From an uncultured virus (IMG/VR IMGVR_UViG_3300042869_000764) (lineage: Duplodnaviria > Heunggongvirae > Uroviricota > Caudoviricetes), in the IMG/VR virus record IMGVR_UViG_3300042869_000764: a stretch of DNA of 64,000 bases, one strand, 5' to 3'. The notes beneath the pieces were generated by a model. That model did not search any database. It was not told the DNA's origin and saw nothing but the letters and a program-made list of their open reading frames with translations. Of the stretch, positions 36,615 to 45,851 are shown piece after piece. The position numbers and the translations under genes are program-made. Numbering within the stretch: position 1 is the stretch's first letter; every line of letters begins with the position of its first letter.

Positions 36615-38044
36615 TGCTTGTGTATTGCTTTCTTGCATTTTACCTCGCATTCTTTCCAGAAATTTTCTAACTCTGGAAAAGTATTTAAAAAATTTGTATC
36701 TCTACGTGCATCATGCTGGCTAAAGAACAAATAAAAATTTTCCATCGCCAGCTCACGATTAAAACCTGTATCCGATTTAATCCAATCAATTAAACGCTGA
36801 ACCTTACTAATTTCAAAATCACTAAATCCTTTAAATTCGTTCCAGCGTGTTTCAGGATTGTATTTCATAAATTCTATAGTGCGTTCTAATTCACTAACCA
36901 TTTCTGGTAATAATTTAGGATTTAAAAAATCAGGATCTAATAACTGTGGAACATCAAACCAAACTAATTGACGTCCTTTGTTATATTGTTTTCTAAGTTT
37001 TAAAATATTTTCTATGTAAGAATAAAATCCTGTATAACTTAATGCGGTAAAAGTTATAATAAATGTTAAACTGTGTTTATCACTATTTTGCAAATAATCA
37101 CATACATTATTATACAGTAGATTAAAATCCATACCGTTGCGAATATATTCTGCTTGATTACCCCAAGAGTCTAAACTACAATACAACATAAAATGATCAA
37201 TTGCATCTACATCTGTAATCTCTTTAAGACTAGTCATAAATTTAGCCCACTGATCACCCGGCGGACAACAGTTACTAGTAATACTTAGATGCAGATCTTC
37301 TTTAGGATGTTCTTTAACATAGTCAAACATACGGAACGTGTTCTTATCCATCAATGGCTCACCGCCAGTCATACGGAATGTATGTAGTGTTGGATATATC
37401 TGTGGCAACCATTCCCAGAACGCTAGCAAGTAAGGATTGTTTGGCCCGTTATCTATGTTAAGACTCTTCATCCAATTAATATCATTGTGCCAACGATCTT
37501 TTAAAATAAACGCACCGTTATGTTGAATATCGTTGTGCCATGCTGTACTTAGATGAGGGCTGCAATAACTACATTTAAAATTACAGGCTTGATTAAAATT
37601 TACTTCAACGTAGCGTGGATTAGGATTTTCTACTAACTGTGCTTCTTCTATTAAACCGTGTTCGTAAACATCTTTACTTCGATATGCACGATCACTTAAC
37701 TGCGTACCACTATCTTCTATCTGCCAACAAAATTCACATTCTTTAGGACGTTCTCCAGCTAACATTAATTTGCGTTGTTCTTTTTTATATTTTGTATTAT
37801 GTAATGCACTAACATCAATTCGAACTTCTTCTAAAGGAACTTGATGTGTCCTAGGATGATAACAACTATGTGTTTTTCCCGTAGGAATGTGTAGACTAAC
37901 ATTATACCATTTAGCAAGACAAAAGCTCGGACTAACTTTGTTTAGTTCTTTATACACGTAGTCAGCATCAGCAAGATATCGAGATTCATATCTACCGTTA
38001 ATCTCTTTAAGTTCGTTGCCTTTTATATTACGATTGTATTCCAC
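36611..38044 (-). CDS. Radical SAM protein with N-terminal twitch/SPASM-like cluster (paralogue of 34586-35944)
   Basis: CNFKCSYC, TGGEP; N-terminal C...HSCYH...CEFC. Confidence 0.88.
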   Translation of the reverse strand: MEYNRNIKGNELKEINGRYESRYLADADYVYKELNKVSPSFCLAKWYNVSLHIPTGKTHSCYHPRTHQVPLEEVRIDVSALHNTKYKKEQRKLMLAGERPKECEFCWQIEDSGTQLSDRAYRSKDVYEHGLIEEAQLVENPNPRYVEVNFNQACNFKCSYCSPHLSTAWHNDIQHNGAFILKDRWHNDINWMKSLNIDNGPNNPYLLAFWEWLPQIYPTLHTFRMTGGEPLMDKNTFRMFDYVKEHPKEDLHLSITSNCCPPGDQWAKFMTSLKEITDVDAIDHFMLYCSLDSWGNQAEYIRNGMDFNLLYNNVCDYLQNSDKHSLTFIITFTALSYTGFYSYIENILKLRKQYNKGRQLVWFDVPQLLDPDFLNPKLLPEMVSELERTIEFMKYNPETRWNEFKGFSDFEISKVQRLIDWIKSDTGFNRELAMENFYLFFSQHDARRDTNFLNTFPELENFWKECEVKCKKAIHKQ

Positions 38045-40337
38045 TGAACTGTTCCTTTAACCAATCAAAGTCATTAATTTTCTTAAGGGCCTCTGGATTG
38101 TTTTTGTTAGTTTCGCCGTATTCTCTACCTGCCTGAGCACCTTTAATTGCATATTTGCCAAATAGTTTATCAACACCAACTGAGCACCATACATCTAAAC
38201 GATGTGTAGTTTCTTCCTCGTATTGTCTTTCGATTACACGACTAGCTAGTTTACAACATTCTCTAAATGCTGATCTCCATGTAGCAAATTCATCTGTGTT
38301 AAATGAATTCGTGTTAGACACAGTATTCATAGCTTTAAATTTTTTCGATATGCTAGTGGTCATATCGGGCGAATTAACATCAACAGATATTGTTAATTGT
38401 CTTGGTAATAACTTAACACCTCCGTTGCCGTATTCTAGATTGTTAATAGGATTGCGGCTTTTCCAAACATGAACACAGTCTATGTCGTAACTACTCATAA
38501 CTAAATTAAAATTAAAATCATTTTCGACAATAGCATCACCGTCAACGATCCATATCATGTCAGTATTGCACATTTTAGCTGCTTGTATATGCGCCTGGTG
38601 AATTCCTTTAACTCCGTGAATACGTTTTGCTCTTGGACACATTTCTAATAACTTGTTACAGTTTTCATCGGCATTGGGTTCGTTATAAGAAATAAAAACA
38701 ACATCATATAAAGAATGTTTAGATACTAATCTATCATGTTCTTTTTTCTCAATTAAAAATCTGTGTTTAAATTCTCTTTGACCAATTATTTTATCTTTAG
38801 ACAATAACACTACACCGTTAACAAAAATTTCTTTTTCATTGAATAAGTGTTTAAATGTATGATTTTCTTTTCGATCGTGTTCGTATTTTCCGTCATTGGG
38901 ATCAAAATATAAATCAAATATCGATTCGTCGATAATATCTATTTCGGGCCAGATTCCCCAAAATAGTGGTTGGGTTTCTTTTTTAACAATGTCGGTATAC
39001 TCGTCATATGACGATAACACATATCTATTATATCTGTAACGGCTTACAACTTCTGCATGTTCTTTTTTATCTATTAAATATCTTCTATTAAATTCTTTCT
39101 GTGAAATAACTTGTGTTGTTGAAAACAATACTAATCCACAAAGATAAGTTTCTTTATCGTTACACAAATTTTTAAACATATGATTTGTTTTTCTATCTTG
39201 ATCGTATTTTCCGTCATTGGGATCAAAATATAAATCAAAAACAGAATTATCTGTAACAGCTATTTCGGGCCAGATACCCCAGAATAAAGGTTGAGTTTCT
39301 GTTTCTATAATTTGTTTATATTCTTCGTAACTGGAAATATTGTATCGATTATATCTATACCTACTAACTATGCGGGTATGTTCTTTTTTGTCAATTAAAT
39401 ATTTTCTATCAAATTCTTTCTTAGAAATAATTTTAGATTTAGAAAATAAAACAACTCCGCTTAGATATGATTCTTTATCATTGCATAAATTTTTAAATAC
39501 ATGATTTTCTTGCCTATCATAATCTAATGCACCATTGTTAGGATCAAGATAAAAATCAAATATTGTATCGTCAATAATTTCTATACTAGGCCACTGACAC
39601 CAAAACATTTGTTGTTTTTCATTGTCAATAATCTCTAAATAATCAGCATAAGAATTAATTTTATAAACTGGGTATTGATATTTGCTGACAACTTTGTTGT
39701 GCTCTTTTTTATCTACAGCATACTGTTTATCAAACTCTCGATTTGATAAAGGTTTATATTTGCTGCAAAGGATTACTCCGCTGAGATAAGATTCAACACT
39801 ATTGCAGAGATTTTTAAATACATGATTTTCTCTGCGGTCATAACTATTATGATGACTAAAATATATGTCAAAAATTGATTTGTCAGTTACAGTAACTTCT
39901 GGCCATACTAGCCAAAACATGTCGTCGGTTATGTGTTGGTATTCGTTGAATGTATTAGGACTGTATGTTTTATATTGTTTTGGAATACTAGCAACAATAT
40001 CAATTTCTTTTTTAGCTGTAAAAAATCTATGATGAAATTCACGCTGAGAAATCGTCAACGATTTAGGAAACAAACAAATACCATCATAGTGTTCTCCGTT
40101 TTTAAAAACGTGAACATACATGTCATCCCACTTAGTGGCTTTATAATCTAATAAATTAAATTCTGTAAGATTTATATCGTCCCAGATTACCCAGAACATT
40201 TTTGTAAAAGATTTAGATCGAATTTCTTCGTAAGACTTTATGTTTGTTAATTTTTGAGCAAGGGGATACCTAGACTTTATTGCATTCCAATCTTTAGTAT
40301 TTCCTTCGCCTTTTGAAACATAAAAAATATCATACAT
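38028..40337 (-). CDS. Glycosyltransferase-like protein with tandem ~107-aa repeats and a C-terminal GT-A domain
   Basis: Repeated 'FW..WP...FD.YFDP...YD...NH.FK...G..L.S....KEF....I.KKEH'; C-terminal DVVFISYNEP...WIVDGD. Confidence 0.7.
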   Translation of the reverse strand: MYDIFYVSKGEGNTKDWNAIKSRYPLAQKLTNIKSYEEIRSKSFTKMFWVIWDDINLTEFNLLDYKATKWDDMYVHVFKNGEHYDGICLFPKSLTISQREFHHRFFTAKKEIDIVASIPKQYKTYSPNTFNEYQHITDDMFWLVWPEVTVTDKSIFDIYFSHHNSYDRRENHVFKNLCNSVESYLSGVILCSKYKPLSNREFDKQYAVDKKEHNKVVSKYQYPVYKINSYADYLEIIDNEKQQMFWCQWPSIEIIDDTIFDFYLDPNNGALDYDRQENHVFKNLCNDKESYLSGVVLFSKSKIISKKEFDRKYLIDKKEHTRIVSRYRYNRYNISSYEEYKQIIETETQPLFWGIWPEIAVTDNSVFDLYFDPNDGKYDQDRKTNHMFKNLCNDKETYLCGLVLFSTTQVISQKEFNRRYLIDKKEHAEVVSRYRYNRYVLSSYDEYTDIVKKETQPLFWGIWPEIDIIDESIFDLYFDPNDGKYEHDRKENHTFKHLFNEKEIFVNGVVLLSKDKIIGQREFKHRFLIEKKEHDRLVSKHSLYDVVFISYNEPNADENCNKLLEMCPRAKRIHGVKGIHQAHIQAAKMCNTDMIWIVDGDAIVENDFNFNLVMSSYDIDCVHVWKSRNPINNLEYGNGGVKLLPRQLTISVDVNSPDMTTSISKKFKAMNTVSNTNSFNTDEFATWRSAFRECCKLASRVIERQYEEETTHRLDVWCSVGVDKLFGKYAIKGAQAGREYGETNKNNPEALKKINDFDWLKEQFSGIQS
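38881..39239. repeat. Exact 38-bp direct repeat, 321 bp apart, inside the repeat GT gene
   Basis: TCGTATTTTCCGTCATTGGGATCAAAATATAAATCAAA at 38881-38918 and 39202-39239. Confidence 0.9.
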
Positions 40338-41247
40338 TGGCTGGCACCGGCATCTTAAAATAAGTGTCGTTGAGATTCATGGTTTCATTATACAAATCTA
40401 AAGTAAATTTACTTTGCTGCGCATCAAGAAACGGCCAATCTAATCCCAAACTCATTTTTATTTTTTCGCCTAAATTTTTAATCTCATCTACTAGACCATC
40501 ACCGTTTACATCTTCATACGGTTTACCGTATTGATTCCATATATCTCTGAGTATTTCAAAATCTCGAACATCGACATAATTCCACTGTGTGCAATTAGCC
40601 ATCCATGTTCCTAATCTAGCACCATATACTGCATAAATTCCGTTTTCTTCGTGAGCACCCACAGTTGACCACATGCGCAGTCTATGGATATTGTGCCACC
40701 ATATGCGTTCTTTAATTTCCATAGGAGGAACTTTGACCCCGTCTAGCAAAGTCATCTTAACACCTTCACGGAATCCTGCTCTCCATGCTTGGAATGGTGA
40801 TCCTGTGATAACGCTTTCACTGAACGTCAATGGAAAATTTCTATACCCATCTTCCCAACAAAAGTCTACTTGGCCGCGATCACTGTTGGAGTTTTCATGC
40901 GTTTTCATGTTAAGAACAAAATCTTTACGCCAGATTTTCAATCCACCGTTGCCATATCGAAGACCATTAATTGCATTGCGGCCGCACCAACCATAGACCT
41001 GTATCTTGGGATCACTCATGTCAAGGTCGATATTAAAAAATCTAGGATCTACAATATTATCAGCATCAACAGTGATAAACCAATCTGTTTCACTGGCTTC
41101 TGCTGCGGCTTTATGGGCGTGGTCTGATCCTTTGACTCCGTGAATACGTTTAGCCCAAGGTACTTTATTACACAAGTCAGCATAATGCAGATCTGCGTTA
41201 GGTTCGTCGTAACTTAAAAAAACTACATCAAATTCAATTACTTTCAT
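40330..41247 (-). CDS. GT-A-like glycosyltransferase
   Basis: DVVFLSYDEP, RIHGVKG, TVDADN (DxD), YGNGG; paralogue of the C-terminal domain of 38028-40337. Confidence 0.7.
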   Translation of the reverse strand: MKVIEFDVVFLSYDEPNADLHYADLCNKVPWAKRIHGVKGSDHAHKAAAEASETDWFITVDADNIVDPRFFNIDLDMSDPKIQVYGWCGRNAINGLRYGNGGLKIWRKDFVLNMKTHENSNSDRGQVDFCWEDGYRNFPLTFSESVITGSPFQAWRAGFREGVKMTLLDGVKVPPMEIKERIWWHNIHRLRMWSTVGAHEENGIYAVYGARLGTWMANCTQWNYVDVRDFEILRDIWNQYGKPYEDVNGDGLVDEIKNLGEKIKMSLGLDWPFLDAQQSKFTLDLYNETMNLNDTYFKMPVPANV

Positions 41248-41861
41248 TTATATTCAATCACATAATTTTTAAATAGGCGTCTTGTATACACACTAAACTT
41301 ATCATAGTCAATATTTTTAATTGTTACATTATGCCCTATTAGTTCATTTAGTTTAACAGAAAACATCTGAAAAATCAAGTTGGGATCGTTGTAATCTGTG
41401 ATTAAAAAATCCAGATCGGTGCTACCATCCCAAATAAATTTTCTTGTTCCGTCGTTGCCTTTGTATTTTTTGGTTCCGCCGTATTCTGTAGACAGTTGAA
41501 TTTTCAAATATTTGTTTTTTGAATTATATGTTATATGTATATCCGATTCAATTTGATCTGAATATTTGATATCAGGAATTCTATGCAACACATCATCTAA
41601 TTTGTTTAGTGTCTTTTTTTCAGCTATGTCTAACTGTCCTGACTCTACATTTATTTGACAGTTGTGTATCTGTATTTCAGCTGTGATTATGGATTCAGCA
41701 ATTTCTTGTGATATCTGCACTATATGTTTTTGATCTGCAAAAGCATGATCTGGCCCCACGCTGATAACTTGACCCGTATTTGGATCAAACACCGCTACAT
41801 ACTGTGTAATTGGTGGCTTGTATTCTCTCAGCCATTTATCAAAATCTTCTATAGTTTCCAT
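41244..41861 (-). CDS. Hypothetical protein in the glycosylation operon
   Basis: Coupled ORF. Confidence 0.7.
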   Translation of the reverse strand: METIEDFDKWLREYKPPITQYVAVFDPNTGQVISVGPDHAFADQKHIVQISQEIAESIITAEIQIHNCQINVESGQLDIAEKKTLNKLDDVLHRIPDIKYSDQIESDIHITYNSKNKYLKIQLSTEYGGTKKYKGNDGTRKFIWDGSTDLDFLITDYNDPNLIFQMFSVKLNELIGHNVTIKNIDYDKFSVYTRRLFKNYVIEYK

Positions 41862-42688
41862 GCTTTAGTCTCCAAGATATGTATACACTCATTTGTGATT
41901 AAATTTTTCTCTACGTAATGCACAATATCATTCTGTTGAAAATTTCCTATCTTTAGTCTAGCGTCTGCATTAAGATAAAATCCCACATGATCGCTCCAAG
42001 TATCAGCCGGCCATGGCCATTTTTGCAGCATTGGTTTCATATGCACTACTCGAGGAAATGGTAAATCGTAGGCAATGTCGTCAGTGATGTCTAGTATGTT
42101 AGCAGCCAATGCGAATGCTTCATCTGTGCCAATTACCTTAGGCCTGTGTTCACTTAAAAACTGATTGGCGAATTCGCGGGGATTTTTTATAATCTGTCGA
42201 CCTAATTCAAAAAATTCTTGGCATAGCACAGATCCTTTAGAGAAAAAAGTCCACATGGAGTATAAATCCGGCAGACAATTTCTGTCAAAGGTTTTTCTAT
42301 ATGTGCGATCTGTGATTGTTTCGCCTCTATAGGTATAGACCTGATTGGCCACATACAATTCGCTGTTGGCAATAAAATAATCAATCCAATGACTGTAATC
42401 TCGTAGGAATAACATATCAGCATCAAGGCATACTGTGTGATCAAACGGAGACAGTTGGTCCATCCATGATCTGCCATCCCAATATTTCTCTTGGTCCCAT
42501 TCGATCACTGTGTCAAACACCCACGGACTTGATAATTTTGCAAGTGATTCTTTGTTGTCAATTACCAGTGCCACCCTGTCATACCCTGGTTTTTGAGTGG
42601 TTTTTATACTCAAAGCTAGAGCATAGGCGCACTTGAGATAATCAATGTCATCATAGTGTGCTACAAACAACAGATATCCAAAGTTCAT
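41849..42688 (-). CDS. GT-A (GT8-like) glycosyltransferase
   Basis: YLKCAYALALSIK, SPFDHTVCLDADML, TDEAF, VHMK. Confidence 0.7.
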   Translation of the reverse strand: MNFGYLLFVAHYDDIDYLKCAYALALSIKTTQKPGYDRVALVIDNKESLAKLSSPWVFDTVIEWDQEKYWDGRSWMDQLSPFDHTVCLDADMLFLRDYSHWIDYFIANSELYVANQVYTYRGETITDRTYRKTFDRNCLPDLYSMWTFFSKGSVLCQEFFELGRQIIKNPREFANQFLSEHRPKVIGTDEAFALAANILDITDDIAYDLPFPRVVHMKPMLQKWPWPADTWSDHVGFYLNADARLKIGNFQQNDIVHYVEKNLITNECIHILETKAWKL

Positions 42689-43545
42689 ATCAACTCCATT
42701 AACTGTTGTCGATGTCTCAATATACTTTGTTTATTCATCACATGTATATCAACTCCAGTCACAGATGCTGCACAATATGTGGCATCTAATCGATGATCAA
42801 TCAAGAATGTTAATTTGTCTTTGTCGACAGCAGTGAGTATGTCTTTGTCCATGACTGATAACACGGGTGGGAGTGTTGGTGTGTGCATGTTCTCAAATCC
42901 ATCTAGCATGTGTTTGGCAACACTAAACGCTATGTCATTTCGATATTGTCTGTGATCGAATCGGAAGACATCAGCATAGTGCTTGTAATTTTCTTTGACT
43001 AAATTCACAGTATCAAAAAACAGTTTAGATTGTGGATTTTTCGTGAACATCACTGTGGTTGCCCAATACATTTTACAGCTGGTTTCACAGACATATCTAT
43101 CAAGGTAGCCTAATCTTTCTTCACTGTAGATATCGTTGATCGAATCACCTATCATTACGTCAGCTTCCACATTCCAATATTTGTTTAGATTATCACTGAA
43201 TATCAAAAAATCGCTGTCTATCAGTAGCGTTCTATCGTAGGGTGTGAGGTCCCATACAGAGTGTCTATTGGTATTACAAAATGGTATTTTTTTATTGATT
43301 ACACCGTCGTGTAATCCACGTTGATTATCTGTGACAGGTTTATCTACAATTATCACATGCTCGAATACTGTTTCAACCTGCTGCCATGTATGTGATTCAA
43401 TCAACCATTCCTTGGTGCTGAGATCTGTGACCAATGAAACTGGAACATTAAGATGTTTTTTTGCAAGACCGCCGCTGATCACTGCTAATAATCCATAATC
43501 TACTTCACGATTATTGTGTGCGAAAATTAAAATGCCATTGGTCAT
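42685..43545 (-). CDS. GT-A-like glycosyltransferase
   Basis: TPYDRTLLIDSDFL, RNDIAFS, HVMNK. Confidence 0.65.
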   Translation of the reverse strand: MTNGILIFAHNNREVDYGLLAVISGGLAKKHLNVPVSLVTDLSTKEWLIESHTWQQVETVFEHVIIVDKPVTDNQRGLHDGVINKKIPFCNTNRHSVWDLTPYDRTLLIDSDFLIFSDNLNKYWNVEADVMIGDSINDIYSEERLGYLDRYVCETSCKMYWATTVMFTKNPQSKLFFDTVNLVKENYKHYADVFRFDHRQYRNDIAFSVAKHMLDGFENMHTPTLPPVLSVMDKDILTAVDKDKLTFLIDHRLDATYCAASVTGVDIHVMNKQSILRHRQQLMELI

Positions 43546-43892
43546 TGTGTGATAAGTTTTTCTACAGATCTAGATTTCTTGATTTTATCAAATTCTTGAA
43601 AGTATTCATTAGTGACTTCGAAATATCTGCTGAAGATTTCATCACGAAAAGCTTCTAGATTTTCTATCAATATGGGATTTTCATTGACGTCTAACAGCAC
43701 CGTTCCAGAAACTCTGCCTTTGCTACACAGCATTTCAACAAATGTCAACAGATTTCTATCAATGGCAAACAGCCCGCCGGAGAAACCGTACATCAGTTTG
43801 GCAGCTGTGCGTTCTTTGAGAATTTTTTTGTGGATTGAAAAAGTCTGCTGATAATTGGCAAAATCCAATACAGCTTTTAACTGTGCGTTCAT
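43542..43892 (-). CDS. Hypothetical protein, first gene of the late modification operon
   Basis: SD AAGGAG, late promoter upstream. Confidence 0.75.
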   Translation of the reverse strand: MNAQLKAVLDFANYQQTFSIHKKILKERTAAKLMYGFSGGLFAIDRNLLTFVEMLCSKGRVSGTVLLDVNENPILIENLEAFRDEIFSRYFEVTNEYFQEFDKIKKSRSVEKLITQ

Positions 43893-43893
43893 G

Positions 43894-43934
43894 AGTTCTC
43901 CTTGATAAACTGCGTAGTTTATTTATAGAGAACT
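43894..43934 (-). promoter_or_regulatory. Late promoter TATAAATA embedded in an RBS-sequestering hairpin
   Basis: TATAAATA at 43927-43920; outer stem 43894-43900/43928-43934, inner stem 43905-43911/43916-43922. Confidence 0.7.
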
Positions 43935-43951
43935 ATGTGGTGTGAAATAAA

Positions 43952-44932
43952 TTACGAGCCAGTGACAGCCCCAATAGAAACTGTGGGTTGAGTTACGGTG
44001 AATACTGCGCTGCTAGGAGCCATGATACCCGTGGCAAATAATGTCGAAACACTCACTGTGAGAGTACCATCTATGTCATCACCCGGGGGTGGGTTTAAAA
44101 ACGGAGGACCTATTGCACCCGAGTCGGTGTATCCGTCTGTGAACAACACTCGTATTTCACCGCTAGCCGATGTGCCTCCGCTGTTCGAAGGTACATCAAC
44201 ACATCTAGCTTGTAATCGATAGTTGTTAGATCCGTAAGGGCTACTGGCTGTGGCTGTATAAAATGTTTGAAAAGTATTAGTGGTTTTATACCAATTGGTG
44301 CCATCGTTAGGAGAAGTTCCTGCACTAGGCACAGCACCGCCAAAGTTCTGTGTACCTGCAGCACTGAGAAGACTAGTCCAACTAGTGTTTTGCTGGGTGC
44401 CAAGCACCCCACCGGTTCGACTCGCACTGATCCTAATTTTACCGCCACTATTGAACCAGTATCTAGCATCATTGGCATTGGTCCAATAAAACTGTATGAC
44501 GCATTCACACTGGCTGATCCATGCTCCGGTTCTGCTTGATGTGGTCGCTGCTGTGGTAGCTGATTCACTAGTGGCTATCGTAAATCTATTAGTTGTGATA
44601 TTATCGGCCCAATCATCATATTGCTTTTGCGGTACGTCGAGAGTTCCGGTATCAGGAGTAAATGAACTGGTATATCTAATAGTATCACCGTCTGCGACCA
44701 CAGCCGTAGTCGGATTAGATCCGTTGATGTGCTTGTAGGCATTGATGATGTCAAATCGTAGATTTGCCCATTCGTTAATGGTGACTCGTTGTCCTTCAAG
44801 AACTTCTGTAGAGACTATTCTGACCTGTTGACCATATCCAGAGTTTCCACTGCCGTTGCCTAACACAGCAACGATTTTGTTTCTTATCGAATTGTAGTCT
44901 GCTTGGACTATTGTACTGTTAACAGCTGGCAT
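43952..44932 (-). CDS. Virion structural protein (paralogue of 44949-45851)
   Basis: Thr/Ser/Gly-rich; shared ARYxFNSGGKIRI and SSPY..NNYRL motifs; TAAATA 5 nt upstream. Confidence 0.7.
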   Translation of the reverse strand: MPAVNSTIVQADYNSIRNKIVAVLGNGSGNSGYGQQVRIVSTEVLEGQRVTINEWANLRFDIINAYKHINGSNPTTAVVADGDTIRYTSSFTPDTGTLDVPQKQYDDWADNITTNRFTIATSESATTAATTSSRTGAWISQCECVIQFYWTNANDARYWFNSGGKIRISASRTGGVLGTQQNTSWTSLLSAAGTQNFGGAVPSAGTSPNDGTNWYKTTNTFQTFYTATASSPYGSNNYRLQARCVDVPSNSGGTSASGEIRVLFTDGYTDSGAIGPPFLNPPPGDDIDGTLTVSVSTLFATGIMAPSSAVFTVTQPTVSIGAVTGS

Positions 44933-44948
44933 GAGAATATTTAAGAGA

Positions 44949-45851
44949 TTATGATGCTACAATGCTTGAAAGTGAATATGTCGGTCCTGTAACTGTAAAA
45001 TTGCCTGATGGCTGTAGCAGTCCAGAAGCTTTGACTTCTGCCACATTTACTGTCAACGTGCCCGATACAGAATCTCCTGGAGGTGGACTAGGTTCTGGTC
45101 CAGGATCAGTATACGTGTCTGTCAGTGTAATACGTATCTGAACTTGCGTAGCTGTTCCTGTGGAGTTATTTGCTACATCGGTCTTGGCTTCAAGTCTATA
45201 ATTATTTGCAGAATAAGGGCTGCTGAGAGAATCTTGATAGAATGTCTGATAAGAATTTGTCAGAGTGTAGTAATTAACTGTAGGATCCGTGCCGGCACCA
45301 AAGCTTCGTGTTCCAACACTGTTCAAAAAGTTTACCCAAGCTGTAACCTGCGCGGTTGATACACCAGCTGTCAACGCCGATGTAATTCTGATTTTTCCAC
45401 CACTATTGAAAAAATATCTGGCTGTGGTAGCATCAGCAAAGTTACAGGTCAATACTGTCTGGGCTTGTGTTGTCCACGGAGAACTGAATGTCTGTGTGGC
45501 TTTAGCTGAGACTACGGATTGATTGTCGGCAAGATTGAATCTATTTGTAATAGCCTGTTCTAACAATATATCGTAATTGGTATTTGGAGAACTTGGTCCA
45601 AATCCAATTGCATCGCCGACATTAACTTGCACCACATTGGGCATCACACCGTCTTGATGTAATCTTATATTGATGATATCAAATCTCAATAGATCCCACT
45701 GTGCTTTGGTGATCGAGTTGCCGATGAAGACATCCGAAGATTGCACTGCTTGCCCATATCCCCTAGTAGCAGATCCTATGCCTAACAAAGATTCGGCCTT
45801 GTCCTGTATGGCCACATACTGCGAAGCAAATATTTGTGTTCCGCTAGTCAT
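44949..45851 (-). CDS. Virion structural protein
   Basis: Paralogue of downstream gene, in tail cluster. Confidence 0.7.
   Translation of the reverse strand: MTSGTQIFASQYVAIQDKAESLLGIGSATRGYGQAVQSSDVFIGNSITKAQWDLLRFDIINIRLHQDGVMPNVVQVNVGDAIGFGPSSPNTNYDILLEQAITNRFNLADNQSVVSAKATQTFSSPWTTQAQTVLTCNFADATTARYFFNSGGKIRITSALTAGVSTAQVTAWVNFLNSVGTRSFGAGTDPTVNYYTLTNSYQTFYQDSLSSPYSANNYRLEAKTDVANNSTGTATQVQIRITLTDTYTDPGPEPSPPPGDSVSGTLTVNVAEVKASGLLQPSGNFTVTGPTYSLSSIVAS

Noticed and set aside
30131..38044. Classical RiPP cluster or cofactor (PQQ, molybdopterin, heme d1) biosynthesis
   Set aside because: No adjacent precursor peptide, RRE, protease, transporter or partner cofactor genes; neighbours are glycosyltransferases
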